Shown here: piece after piece, positions 1 through 13,280 of the stretch
Layout of the letters: every line of letters begins with the position of its first letter
Position numbering within the stretch: position 1 is the first letter of the stretch
Source of the DNA: Squalus acanthias
Taxonomy: Eukaryota
Direction of reading: 5' to 3'
DNA length: 64,000 nucleotides
Assembly: GCA_030390025.1 (NCBI GenBank)
Contig: JASTWF010000639.1
Span: 1 to 64,000, forward strand
Made by a program: the position numbers and the translations under genes
Notes under the pieces: generated by a model
Database searches by the model: none
Seen by the model: only the letters and a program-made list of their open reading frames with translations
What the model was told of the DNA's origin: nothing

Positions 1-520
1 CACACTACAGGAAGGATGTGATTGCATTGGAGAGGGTGCAGAGGAGATTCACCAGGATGTTACCTGGGCTGGAGCGCTTCAGCTATGAAGAGAAGAATGG
101 ACAGGCTGTGGTTGTTTTCCTTAGAGCAGAGAAGGCTGTGGGGAGGGGACCTGATTGAGGTGTACAAAATTATGAGAGGCATAGATAGGGTAGATAGAAA
201 GGAACTTTTCCCCTTAGTAGAGGGGTCAATAACCAGGGGGGCATAGTTTCAAGGTAAGGGGCAGGAGGTTTAGAGGGGATTTGAGGAAAAACTTTTTCAC
301 CCACAGGGTGGTTGGAATCTGGAACTCACTGCCTGAAAAGGTGGTAGAGGCAGGAACCCTCACAACATTCAAGAAGCATTTAGATGAGCACTTGAAACGC
401 CATAGCATACAAGGCTACGGACCAAGTGCTGGAAAATGGGATTAGAATAGATAGGGCTTGATGGCCGGCGCGGACACGATGGGCCGAAGGTCCTCTTCCT
501 GTGCTGTATAACTCTATGAC
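1..520 (+). mobile_element. CR1 LINE 3' fragment
   Basis: ORF2 C-terminal motifs ([17 protein letters not shown]) and 3' tail ending ctctatga; near-identical to the copy at 42841-43450. Confidence 0.9.
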
Positions 521-574
521 TCGAGGACGAGGATATATTGCCCTTGGAGGTCCTACAGAGCAGATTCATCAGAA

Positions 575-868
575 TGAGGGCTGAATGGGCCTCCTCCTGT
601 TCCTGTGTAACAGGCTCGAGGGGCTGAATGGGCCTCCTCCTGTTCCTGTGTAACAGGCTCGAGGGGCTGAATGGGCCTCCTCCTGTTCCTGTGTAACAGG
701 CTCGAGGGGCTGAATGGGCCTCCTCCTGTTCCTGTGTAACAGGCTCAAGGGGCTGAATGGGCCTCCTCCTGTTCCTGTGTAACAGGCTCGAGGGGCTGAA
801 TGGGCCTCCTCCTGTTCCTGTGTAACAGGCTCGAGGGGCTGAATGGGCCTCCTCCTGTTCCTGTGTAC
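575..868 (+). repeat. 43-bp minisatellite derived from the CR1 3' UTR
   Basis: Unit aacaggctcgaggggctgaatgggcctcctcctgttcctgtgt resembles the CR1 tail gcaggctcgaggggccgaatggcctactcctgctcct. Confidence 0.85.
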
Positions 869-872
869 CTCC

Positions 873-2470
873 CAACAACAACAACAACCACTTGTATTTT
901 TAAAGCGCCTTTAACGTAGTAAAACGTCCCAAGGCCCTTCACAGGAGCGTAAATCAGACAAAATTCGACACCGAGCCACACAAGATATTAGGACTAAAAG
1001 CTTGGTCAAAGATGTCGGTTTTAAGAGCGTCTTAAAGGAGGAGAGAGAGGCGGAGAGGTTTAGGGAGGGAATTCCAGAGCTCGGGGCCCAGGCGGCTGAA
1101 GGCACGGCCGCCAATGGTGGGGCGATGGAAATCAGGGGATGCGCAAGAGGCCGGAATTGGAGGAGCGCAGAGATCTCGGAGGGTTTTAGGGGGCTGGAGG
1201 AGGTTACAGAGATAGGGAGGGTTGTAGGGGCCGGAGGAGGTTACAGAGATAGGGAGGGTTGGAGGGGCTGGAGGAGGTTACAGAGATAGGGAGTGTTGTA
1301 GGGGGCTGGAGGAGGTTCCAGAGATAGGGAGTGTTGTAGGGGCTGGAGGAGGTTACACAGATAGGGAGGGTTGTAGGGGCTGGAGGAGGTTACAGAGATA
1401 TGGAGGGTTGTAGGGGCTGGAGGAGGTTACAGCGATAGGGAGGGTTGCAGGGGCTGGAAGAGGTAACAGAGATAGGGAGGGTTGGAGGGGGCTGGAGGAG
1501 GTTACAGAGATAGGGAGGGTTGTAGAGGCTGGAGGAGGTTACAGAGATAGGGAGGGTTGTAGTGGGCTGGAGGAGGTTACAGAGATAGGGAGGGTTGTAG
1601 GGGGCTGGAGGAGGTTACAGAGATAGGGAGGGTTGTAGGGGGCTAGAGGAGGTTACAGAGATAGTGAGGGTTGTAGGGGCTGGAGGAGGTTACAGAGATA
1701 GGGAGGATTGTAGGGGCTGGAGGAGGTTACAGAGATAGGGAGGGTTGTAGGGGTTGGAGGAGGTTACAGAGATAGGGAGGGTTGTAGGGGCTGGAGGAGG
1801 TTATAGAGATAGGGAGGATTGTAGGGGCTGCAGGAGGTTACAGAGATAGGGAGGGGTGTAGGGGATGGAGGAGGTTACAGCTATAGGGAGGGTTGTAGGG
1901 GCTGGAGGAGGTAACAGAGATAGGGAGGGTTCGAGGGGGCTGGAGGAGGTTACAGAGATAGGGAGGGTTGTAGAGGCTGGAGGAGGTTACAGAGATAGGG
2001 AGGGTTGTAGTGGGCTGGAGGAGGTTACAGAGATAGGTAGGGTTGTAGGGGGCTGGAGGAGGTTACAGAGATAGGGAGGGTTGTAGGGGGCTGGAGGAGG
2101 TTACAGAGATAGTGAGGGTTGTAGGGGCTGGAGGAGGTTACAGAGATAGGGAGGGTTGTAGGGGCTGGAGGAGGTTACAGAGATAGGGAAGGTTGTAGGG
2201 GTTAGAGGAGGTTACAGAGATAGGGAGGGTTGTAGGGGCTGGAGGAAGTTACAGAGATAGGGAGGGTTGTAGGGGCTGGAGGAGGTTACAGAGATAGGGA
2301 GGGTTGTAGGGGCTGGAGGAGGTTACAGAGATAGAGAGGGTTGTAGGGGCTGGAGGAGGTTACAGAGATAGGGAGGGTGGGAGGTGGGAGAGCAGGGGAA
2401 TGGTCAAGTCCAGAGGTAACAAAGGCAGGGAAGAGGGTTTCAGCAGCGGATGAGCTGAGGAAGGGGCGGA
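873..2470 (-). mobile_element. L2-clade LINE 3' fragment with an internal 37-bp array (about 1180-2380)
   Basis: (gtt)n tail; minus-strand [26 protein letters not shown]; array unit ggagggttgtaggggctggaggaggttacagagatag. Confidence 0.8.
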
Positions 2471-2536
2471 GTCAGAGATGAAAGCAGGCGGTCATGGCGA
2501 GAGAGCAGATACGTTCCAGGTCTACCAAAGACTCAC

Positions 2537-2794
2537 ATTCCATTTTGATGTAGAGAGAACGGTTGGTGGCTCCGTACGGATTCTCAGCTCTACAGGTGTA
2601 CACTCCGGAGTCTGTGTCCTGCACGCTGCTGATCTCCAGGGTCAATTGGCCGGAGGTCGTGTTGCTGAGGACCTCGCCTCCTTTAGACCAGGTGACGTTG
2701 GATTCCGGACGACTGTCAACGAGACAGACCCTTCGCAATGATTCGCCTTTCAATGCGATGACAGTTCCGGCCATCTCCTCGATCCTGGGTCCGT
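2537..2794 (-). CDS. Siglec-like gene A, Ig domain 4 exon (gene continues beyond the window start)
   Basis: ctgcag acceptor, gtgagt donor, 258 nt. YGPRIEEM..VCLVDSRPESNVTW..DSGVYTCRAENPYG. Confidence 0.9.
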
Positions 2795-2974
2795 CTGCAG
2801 GAGGGGAAGGAGAGTGGGCGGGCGGGGGCGGATGGTGAGGGTTGAAGGGGGAGAGGAGGAAGGGGGAAAGAGAGAGAGAGAGAGAAAACACAAAACGTTC
2901 AGAACCTTTCTGTGAAAGAAGGAACTTACATTTCTACAGCGCATTTAACAATCTCCCGATGGGGACATGGGGAA

Positions 2975-5900
2975 AGTGTAGAGGGAATTTAATCTGTATC
3001 TAACCCATGCTGTACCTGCCCTGGGAGTGTTTGATGGGGACAGTGTAGAGGGGGCTTTACTCTGTATCTAACCCCGTGCTGGACATGCCCTGGGAGTGTT
3101 TGATGGGACAGTGTAGAGGGAGCTTACTCTGTATCTAACCCGTGCTGTACCTGCCCTGGGAGCATTTGATGGGACAGTGTAGAGGGAGCTTTACTCTGTA
3201 TCTAACCCATGCTGTACCTGCCCTGGGAGTGTTTGATGGGACAGTGTAGAGGGAGCTTTACTCTGTATCTAACCCGTGCTGTACCTGCCCTGGGAGTGTT
3301 TGATGGGACAGTGTAGAGGGAGCTTTACTCTGTATCTAACCCGTGCTGTACCAGCCCTGGGAGTGTTTGATGGGGACAGTGTAGAGGGGGCTTTACTCTG
3401 TATCTAACCCCGTGCTGTACCTGCCCTGGGAGTGTTTGATGGGGACAGTGTAGAGGGAGCCTTACTCTGTATCTAACCCCGTGCTGTACCTGCCCTGGGA
3501 GTGTTTGATGGGGACAGTGTAGAGGGAGCTTTACTCTGTATCTAACCCGTGCTGTACCTGCCCTGGGAGTGTTTGATGGGACAGTGTAGAGGGAGCTTTA
3601 CTCTGTATCTAACTCCGTGCTGTACCTGCCCTGGGAGTGTTTGATCGGACAGTGTAGAGGGAGCTTTACTCTGTATCTAACTCCGTGCTGTACCTGCCCT
3701 GGGAGTGTTTGATGGGACAGTGCAGAGGGAGCTTTACTCTGTGTCTAACCCGTGCTGTACCTGCCCTGGGAGTGTTTGATGGGACAGTGTAGAGAGAGCT
3801 TTACTCTGTATCTAACCCCGTGCTGTACCTGCCCTGGGAGTGTTTGATGGGACAGTGCAGAGGGAGCTTTACTCTGTATCTAACCCTGTGCTGTACCTGC
3901 CCTGGGAGTGTTTGATGGGACAGTGTAGAGGGAGCTTCACTCTGTATCTATCCCGTGCTGTACCTGCCCTGGGAGTGTTTGATGGGACAGTGTAGAGGGA
4001 GCTTTACTCTGTATCTAACCCGTGCTGTACCTGCCCTGGGAGTGTTTGATGGGACAGTGTAGAGGGAGCTTTATTCTGTATCTAACCCGTGCTGCACCTG
4101 CCCTGGGAGTGTTTGACGGGACAGTGCAGAGGGAGCTTTACTCTGTATCTAACCCGTGCTGTACCTGCCCTGGGAGTGTTTGACGGGACAGTGTAGAGGG
4201 AGCTTTATTCTGTATCTAACCCGTGCTGTACCTGCCCTGGGAGTGTTTGATGGGACAGTGTAGAGGGAGCTTTACTCTGTATCTAACCCGTGCTGTACCT
4301 GCCCTGGGAGTGTTTGATGGGACAGTGTAGAGGGAGCTTCACTCTGTATCTATCCCGTGCTGTACCTGCCCTGGGAGTGTTTGATGGGAGAGTGTAGAGG
4401 GAGCTTTACTCTGTATCTAACCCCGTGCTGTACCTGCCCTGGGAGTGTTTGATGGGACAGTGTAGAGGGAGCTTTACTCTGTATCTAACCCGTGCTGCTG
4501 CTGCCCTGGGAGTGTTTGATGCGACAGTGTAGAGGGAGCTTTACTCTGTATCTAACCCGTGCTGCTGCTGCCCTGGGAGTGTTTGACGGGACAGTGCAGA
4601 GGGAGCTTTACTCTGTATCTAACCCGTGCTGTACCTGCCCTGGGAGTGTTTGACGGGACAGTGTAGAGGGAGCTTTACTCTGTATCTAACCCGTGCTGTA
4701 CCTGCCCTGGGAGTGTTTGATGGAGACAGTGTAGAGGGAGCTTTATTCTGTATCTAACCCGTGCTGTACCTGCCCTGGGAGTGTTTGATGGGACAGTGTA
4801 GAGGGAGCTTTACTCTGTATCTAACCCCGTGCTGTACCTGCCCTGGGAGTGTTTGATGGGACAGTGTAGAGGGAGCTTTACTCTGTATCTAACCCGTGCT
4901 GTACCTGCCCTGGGAGTGTTTGATGGGACAGTGCAGAGGGAGCTTTACTCTGTATCTAACCCGTGCTCTACCTGCCCTGGGAGTGTTTGATGGGACAGTG
5001 TAGAGGGAGCTCTACTCTGTATCTAACCCGTGCTGTACCTGCCCTGGGAGTGTTTGCTGGGGACAGTGTAGTGGGAGCTTTACTCTGTATCTAACCCGTG
5101 CTGTTCCTGCCCTGGGAGTGTTTGATGGGACAGTGTAGAGGGAGCTTTAATCTGTATCTAACCCGTGCTGTACCTGCCCTGGGAGTGTTTGATGGGACAG
5201 TGCAGAGGGAGTTTTACTCTGTATCTAACCCGTGCTGTACCTGCACTGGGAATGTTTGATGGGACAGTGTAGAGGGAGATTTACTCTGTATCTAACCCCG
5301 TGCTGTACCTGCCCTGGGAGTGTTTGATGGGGACAGTGTAGAGGGAGCCTTACTCTGTATCTAACCCCGTGCTGTACCTGCCCTGGGAGTGTTTGATGGG
5401 GACAGTGTAGAGGGAGCTTTACTCTGTATCTAACCCGTGCTGTACCTGCCCTGGGAGTGTTTGATGGGACAGTGTAGAGGGAGCTTTACTCTGTATCTAA
5501 CTCCGTGCTGTACCTGCCCTGGGAGTGTTTGATGGGACAGTGTAGAGGGAGCTTTACACTGTATCTAACTCCGTGCTGTACCTGCCCTGGGAGTGTTTGA
5601 TGGGACAGTGTAGAGGGAGCTTCACTCTGTATCTATCCCGTGCTGTACCTGCCCTGGGAGTGTTTGATGGGAGAGTGTAGAGGGAGCTTTACCCTGTATC
5701 TAACCCGTGCTGTACCTGCCCTGGGAGTGTTTGATGGGACAGTGTAGAGGGAGCTTTACTCTGTATCTAACCCGTGCTGCTGCTGCCCTGGGAGTGTTTG
5801 ACGGGACAGTGCAGAGGGAGCTTTACTCTGTATCTAACCCGTGTTGTACCTGCCCTGGGAGTGTTTGATGGGACAGTGTAGAGCGAGCTTTATTCTGTAT

Positions 5901-8900
5901 CTAACCCGTGCTGCACCTGCCCTGGGAGTGTTTGACGGGACAGTGCAGAGGGAGCTTTACTCTGTATCTAACCCGTGCTGTACCTGCCCTGGGAGTGTTT
6001 GACGGGACAGTGTAGAGGGAGCTTTATTCTGTATCTAACCCGTGCTGTACCTGCCCTGGGAGTGTTTGATGGGACAGTGGAGAGGGAGCTTTACTCTGTA
6101 TCTAACCCGTGCTGTACCTGCCCTGGGAGTGTTTGATGGGACAGTGTAGAGGGAGCTTTACTCTGTATCTAACCCCGTGCTGTACCTGCCCTGGGAGTGT
6201 TTGATGGGACAGTGTAGAGGGAGCTTTACTCTGTATCTAACCCGTGCTGTACCTGCCCTGGGAGTGTTTGATGGGACAGTGTAGAGGGAGCTTTACTCTG
6301 TATCTAACCCCGTGCTGTACCTGCCCTGGGAGTGTTTGATGGGACAGTGCAGAGGGAGCTTTACTCTGAATCTAACCCGTGCTGTACCTGCCCTGGGAGT
6401 GTTTGCTGGGACAGTGTAGAGTGAGCTTTACTCTGTATCTAACCCGTGCTGTACCTGCCCTGGGAGTGTTTGATGGGACAGTGTAGAGGGAGCTTTACTC
6501 TGTATCTAACCCGTGCTGTACCTGCCCTGGGAGTGTTTGATGGGACAGTGCAGAGGGAGTTTTACTCTGTATCTAACCCGTGCTGTACCTGCACTGGGAA
6601 TGTTTGATGGGACAGTGTAGAGGGAGATTTACTCTGTATCTAACCCCGTGCTGTACCTGCCCTGGGAGTGTTTGATGGGGACAGTGTAGAGGGAGCCTTA
6701 CTCTGTATCTAACCCCGTGCTGTACCTGCCCTGGGAGTGTTTGATGGGGACAGTGTAGAGGGAGCTTTACTCTGTATCTAACCCGTGCTGTACCTGCCCT
6801 GGGAGTGTTTGATGGGACAGTGTAGAGGGAGCTTTACTCTGTATCTAACTCCGTGCTGTACCTGCCCTGGGAGTGTTTGATGGGACAGTGTAGAGGGAGC
6901 TTTACACTGTATCTAACTCCGTGCTGTACCTGCCCTGGGAGTGTTTGATGGGACAGTGTAGAGGGAGCTTCACTCTGTATCTATCCCGTGCTGTACCTGC
7001 CCTGGGAGTGTTTGATGGGAGAGTGTAGAGGGAGCTTTACCCTGTATCTAATCCGTGCTGTACCTGCCCTGGGAGTGTTTGATGGGACAGTGTAGAGGGA
7101 GCTTTACTCTGTATCTAACCCGTGCTGCTGCTGTCCTGGGAGTGTTTGACGGGACAGTGCAGAGGGAGCTTTACTCTGTATCTAACCCGTGTTGTACCTG
7201 CCCTGGGAGTGTTTGATGGGACAGTGTAGAGGGAGCTTTATTCTGTATCTAACCCGTGCTGCACCTGCCCTGGGAGTGTTTGACGGGACAGTGCAGAGGG
7301 AGCTTTACTCTGTATCTAACCCGTGCTGTACCTGCCCTGGGAGTGTTTGACGGGACAGTGTAGAGGGAGCTTTATTCTGTATCTAACCCGTGCTGTACCT
7401 GCCCTGGGAGTGTTTGATGGGACAGTGGAGAGGGAGCTTTACTCTGTATCTAACCCGTGCTGTACCTGCCCTGGGAGTGTTTGATGGGACAGTGTAGAGG
7501 GAGCTTTACTCTGTATCTAACCCCGTGCTGTACCTGCCCTGGGAGTGTTTGATGGGACAGTGTAGAGGGAGCTTTACTCTGTATCTAACCCGTGCTGTAC
7601 CTGCCCTGGGAGTGTTTGATGGGACAGTGTAGAGGGAGCTTTACTCTGTATCTAACCCCGTGCTGTACCTGCCCTGGGAGTGTTTGATGGGACAGTGCAG
7701 AGGGAGCTTTACTCTGTATCTAACCCGTGCTCTACCTGCCCTGGGAGTGTTTGATGGGATAGTGTAGAGGGAGCTCTACTCTGTATCTAACCCGTGCTGT
7801 ACCTGCCCTGGGAGTGTTTGATGGGGACAGTGTAGTGGGAGCTTTACTCTGTATCTAACCCGTGCTGTTCCTGCCCTGGGAGTGTTTGATGGGACAGTGT
7901 AGAGGGAGCTTTACTCTGTATCTAACCCGTGCTGTACCTGCCCTGGGAGTGTTTGATGGGACAGTGCAGAGGGAGTTTTACTCTGTATCTAACCCGTGCT
8001 GTACCTGCACTGGGAATGTTTGATGGGACAGTGTAGAGGGAGCTTTACTCTGTATCTAACCCCGTGCTGTACCTGCCCTGGGAGTGTTTGATGGGGACAG
8101 TTTAGAGGGAGCTTTACTCTGTATCTAACCCGTGCTGTACCTGCCCTGGGAGTGTTTGATGGGACAGTGTAGAGGGAGCTTCACTCTGTATCTATCCCGT
8201 GCTGTACCTGCCCTGGGAGTGTTTGATGGGAGAGTGTAGAGGGAGCTTTACTCTGTATCTAACCCCGTGCTGTACCTGCCCTGGGAGTGTTTGATGGGAC
8301 AGTGTAGAGGGAGCTTTACTCTGTATCTAACCCGTGCTGCTGCTGCCCTGGGAGTGTTTGATGGGACAGTGTAGAGGGAGCTTTACTCTGTATCTAACCC
8401 GTGCTGCTGCTGCCCTGGGAGTGTTTGACGGGACAGTGCAGAGGGAGCTTTACTCTGTATCTAACCCGTGCTGTACCTGCCCTGGGAGTGTTTGACGGGA
8501 CAGTGTAGAGGGAGCTTTACTCTGTATCTAACCCGTGCTGCACCTGCCCTGGGAGTGTTTGATGGAGACAGTGTAGAGGGAGATTTATTCTGTATCTAAC
8601 CCGTGCTGTACCTGCCCTGGGAGTGTTTGATGGGACAGTGTAGAGGGAGCTTTACTCTGTATCTAACCCCGTGCTGTACCTGCCCTGGGAGTGTTTGATG
8701 GGGACAGTGTAGTGGGAGCTTTACTCTGTATCTAACCCGTGCTGTTCCTGCCCTGGGAGTGTTTGATGGGACAGTGTAGAGGGAGCTTTACTCTGTATCT
8801 AACCCGTGTTGTACCTGCCCTGGGAGTGTTTGATGGGACAGTGTAGAGGGAGCTTTATTCAATATCTAACCCGTGCTGCACCTGCCCTGGGAGTGTTTGA

Positions 8901-11900
8901 CGGGACAGTGTAGAGGGAGCTTTACTCTGTATCTAACCCGTGCTCTACCTGCCCTGGGAGTGTTTGATGGAGACAGTGTAGAGGGAGCTTTATTCTGTAT
9001 CTAACCCGTGCTGTACCTGCCCTGGGAGTGTTTGATGGGACAGTGTAGAGGGAGCTTTACTCTGTATCTAACCCGTGCTGTACCTGCCCTGGGAGTGTTT
9101 GATGGGACAGGGTAGAGGGAGCTTTACTCTGTATCTAACCCCGTGCTGTACCTGCCCTGGGAGTGTTTGATGGGACAGTGTAGAGGGAGCTTTACTCTGT
9201 ATCTAACCCCGTGCTGTACCTGCCCTGGGAGTGTTTGAGGGGACAGTGTAGAGGGAGCTTTACTCTGTATCTAACCCGTGCTGTACCTGCCCTGGGAGTG
9301 TTTGATGGGACAGTGTAGAGGGAGCTTTACTCTGTATCTAACCCCGTGCTGTACCTGCCCTGGGAGTGTTTGATGGGGACAGTGTAGAGGGAGCCTTACT
9401 CTGTATCTAACCCCGTGCTGTACCTGCCCTGGGAGTGTTTGATGGGGACAGTGTAGAGGGAGCTTTACTCTGTATCTAACCCGTGCTGTACCTGCCCTGG
9501 GAGTGTTTGATGGGACAGTGTAGAGGGAGCTTTACTCTGTATCTAACCCGTGCTGTACCTGCCCTGGGAGTGTTTGATGGGACAGTGTAGAGGGAGCTTT
9601 ACTCTGTATCTAACCCGTGCTGTACCTACTCTGGGAGTGTTTGATGGGACATTATAGAGGGAGATTTACTCTGTATCTAACTCCGTGCTGTACCTGCCCT
9701 GGGAGTGTTTGATGGGACAGTGTAGAGGGAGCTTCACTCTGTATCTATCCCGTGCTGTACCTGCCCTGGGAGTGTTTGATGGGAGAGTGTAGAGGGAGCT
9801 TTACCCTGTATCTAACCCGTGCTGTACCTGCCCTGGGAGTGTTTGATGGGACAGTGTAGAGGGAGCTTTACTCTGTATCTAACCCGTGCTGCTGCTGCCC
9901 TGGGAGTGTTTGACGGGACAGTGCAGAGGGAGCTTTACTCTGTATCTAACCCGTGTTGTACCTGCCCTGGGAGTGTTTGATGGGACAGTGTAGAGGGAGC
10001 TTTATTCAGTATCTAACCCGTGCTGCACCTGCCCTGGGAGTGTTTGACGGGACAGTGCAGAGGGAGCTTTACTCTGTATCTAACCCGTGCTCTACCTGCC
10101 CTGGGAGTGTTTGATGGAGACAGTGTAGAGGGAGCTTTATTCTGTATCTAACCCGTGCTGTACCTGCCCTGGGAGTGTTTGATGGGACAGTGTAGAGGGA
10201 GCTTTACTCTGTATCTAACCCGTGCTGTACCTGCCCTGGGAGTGTTTGATGGGACAGTGTAGAGGGAGCTTTACTCTGTATCTAACCCCGTGCTGTACCT
10301 GCCCTGGGAGTGTTTGATGGGACAGTGTAGAGGGAGCTTTACTCTGTATCTAACCCCGTGCTGTACCTGCCCTGGGAGTGTTTGATGGGACAGTGTAGAG
10401 GGAGCTTTACTCTGTATCTAACCCGTGCTGTACCTGCCCTGGGAGTGTTTGATGGGACAGTGCAGAGGGAGCTTTACTCTGTATCTAACCCGTGCTCTAC
10501 CTGCCCTGGGAGTGTTTGATGGGACAGTGTAGAGGGAGCTCTACTCTGTATCTAACCCGTGCTGTACCTGCCCTGGGAGTGTTTGATGGGGACAGTGTAG
10601 TGGGAGCTTTACTCTGTATCTAACCCGTGCTGTTCCTGCCCTGGGAATGTTTGATGGGACAGTGTAGAGGGAGCTTTACTCTGTATCTAACCCGTGCTGT
10701 ACCTGCCCTGGGAGTGTTTGATGGGACAGTGTAGAGTGAGCTTTACTCTGTATCTAACCCGTGCTGTACCTGCCCTGGGAGTGTTTGATGGGACAGTGTA
10801 GAGGGAGCTTTACTCTGTATCTAACCCGTGCTGTACCTGCCCTGGGAGTGTTTGATGGGACAGTGCAGAGGGAGTTTTACTCTGTATCTAACCCGTGCTG
10901 TACCTGCACTGGGAATGTTTGATGGGACAGTGTAGAGGGAGCTTTACTCTGTATCTAACCCCGTGCTGTACCTGCCCTGGGAGTGTTTGATGGGGACAGT
11001 GTAGAGGGAGCCTTACTCTGTATCTAACCCCGTGCTGTACCTGCCCTGGGAGTGTTTGATGGGGACAGTGTAGAGGGAGCTTTACTCTGTATCTAACCCG
11101 TGCTGTCCTGCCCTGGGAGTGTTTGATGGGACAGTGTAGAGGGAGCTTTACTCTGTATCTAACTCCGTGCTGTACCTGCCCTGGGAGTGTTTGATGGGAC
11201 AGTGTAGAGGGAGCTTTACACTGTATCTAACTCCGTGCTGTACCTGCCCTGGGAGTGTTTGATGGGACAGTGTAGAGGGAGCTTCACTCTGTATCTATCC
11301 CGTGCTGTACCTGCCCTGGGAGTGTTTGATGGGAGAGTGTAGAGGGAGCTTTACCCTGTATCTAACCCGTGCTGTACCTGCCCTGGGAGTGTTTGATGGG
11401 ACAGTGTAGAGGGAGCTTTACTCTGTATCTAACCCGTGCTGCTGCTGCCCTGGGAGTGTTTGACGGGACAGTGCAGAGGGAGCTTTACTCTGTATCTAAC
11501 CCGTGCTGTACCTGCCCTGGGAGTGTTTGACGGGACAGTGTAGAGGGAGCTTTACTCTGTATCTAACCCGTGCTGCTGCTGCCCTGGGAGTGTTTGATGG
11601 GACAGTGTAGAGGGAGCTTTACTCTGTATCTAACCCGTGCTGCTGCTGCCCTGGGAGTGTTTGACGGGACAGTGCAGAGGGAGCTTTACTCTGTATCTAA
11701 CCCGTGCTGTACCTGCCCTGGGAGTGTTTGATGGGACAGTGTAGAGGGAGCTTTACTCTGTATCTAACCCGTGCTGTACCTGCCCTGGGAGTGTTTGATG
11801 GAGACAGTGTAGAGGGAGCTTTATTCTGTATCTAACCCGTGCTGTACCTGCCCTGGGAGTGTTTGATGGGACAGTGTAGAGGGAGCTTTACTCTGTATCT

Positions 11901-12803
11901 AACCCGTGCTGTACCTGCCCTGGGAGTGTTTGATGGGACAGTGTAGAGGGAGCTTTACTCTGTATCTAACCCCGTGCTGTACCTGCACTGGGAGTGTTTG
12001 ATGGGGACAGTGTAGTGGGAGCTTTACTCTGTATCTAACCCGTGCTGTTCCTGCCCTGGGAGTGTTTGATGGGACAGTGTAGAGGGAGCTTTACTCTGTA
12101 TCTAACCCGTGCTGTACCTGCCCTGGGAGTGTTTGCTGGGACAGTGTAGAGTGAGCTTTACTCTGTATCTAACCCGTGCTGTACCTGCCCTGGGAGTGTT
12201 TGATGGGACAGTGCAGAGGGAGCTTTACTCTGTATCTAACCCGTGCTGTACCTGCACTGGGAATGTTTGATGGGACAGTGTAGAGGGAGCTTTACTCTGT
12301 ATCTAACCCCGTGCTGTACCTGCCCTGGGAGTAATTGATGGGGACAGTGTAGAGGGAGCCTTACTCTGTATCTAACCCCGTGCTGTACCTGCCCTGGGAG
12401 TGTTTGATGGGGACAGTGTAGAGGGAGCTTTACTCTGCATCTAACCCGTGCTGTACCTGCCCTGGGAGTGTTTGATGGGACAGTGTAGAGGGAGCTTTAC
12501 ACTGTATCTAACTCCGTGCTGTACCTGCCCTGGGAGTGTTTGATGGGACAGTGTAGAGGGAGCTTCACTCTGTATCTATCCCGTGCTGTACCTGCCCTGG
12601 GAGTGTTTGATGGGAGAGTGTAGAGGGAGCTTTCCCCTGTATCTAACCCGTGCTGTACCTGCCCTGGGAGTGTTTGATGGGACAGTGTAGAGGGAGCTTT
12701 ACTCTGTATCTAACCCCGTGCTGTACCTGCCCTGGGAGTGTTTGATGGGACAGTGTAGAGGGAGCTTTACTCTGTATCTAACCCGTGCTGTACCTGCCCT
12801 GGG
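2975..12803. repeat. About 9.8-kb, 67-bp-unit minisatellite filling the D3-D4 intron of gene A
   Basis: Unit gggagtgtttgatgggacagtgtagagggagctttactctgtatctaacccgtgctgtacctgccct, roughly 145 copies. Confidence 0.97.
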
Positions 12804-13021
12804 AAAGTTGGATGTTGAAAAACCTTCTCCTCCTCAGACCCTACCTCCTCTTCTAGATGAACGTGAAACCTTACCAGGACAAAAAACGATTGCTACATAA
12901 TCATTGAAAAGCTCCCGGGCATACAGAGGTGTTTTCAGTCTCTGTTTAATAAAACCAAGGGACTGTATTGTTGAAGAACCTCACTCCTCTGCATATCCCG
13001 GGGCATCTGTTGGATACTCAC

Positions 13022-13276
13022 AGTTGACCGTGATGTTGACGCGTCGTCTGTCCCGTCCATAGGCGTTCCATGCACGACAATAATAAAGACCATGATCTTG
13101 GCTCGTGATGTTGACAAGGTGCAGTGTCAGAGTTCTGTTCATCGCTGTGGCGACACTGCGGTTATTTCTAAACCACGTGACATTGGACACTGGATTGCTC
13201 CTGGCAGTGCAGATAACCTGGACAGAATCTTCCTCAATTAATGTTACAGCCGACATCTTGCCGATCTTCGGCCCAT
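13022..13276 (-). CDS. Siglec-like gene A, Ig domain 3 exon (C2/I-set)
   Basis: ctag acceptor, gtgagt donor, 255 nt. YGPKIGK..VICTARSNPVSNVTW..DHGLYYCRAWNAYG. Confidence 0.9.
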
Positions 13277-13280
13277 CTAG

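Noticed and set aside
2975-12803. CRISPR-like appearance of regular repeats
   Set aside because: No unique spacers, no cas genes, eukaryotic context.
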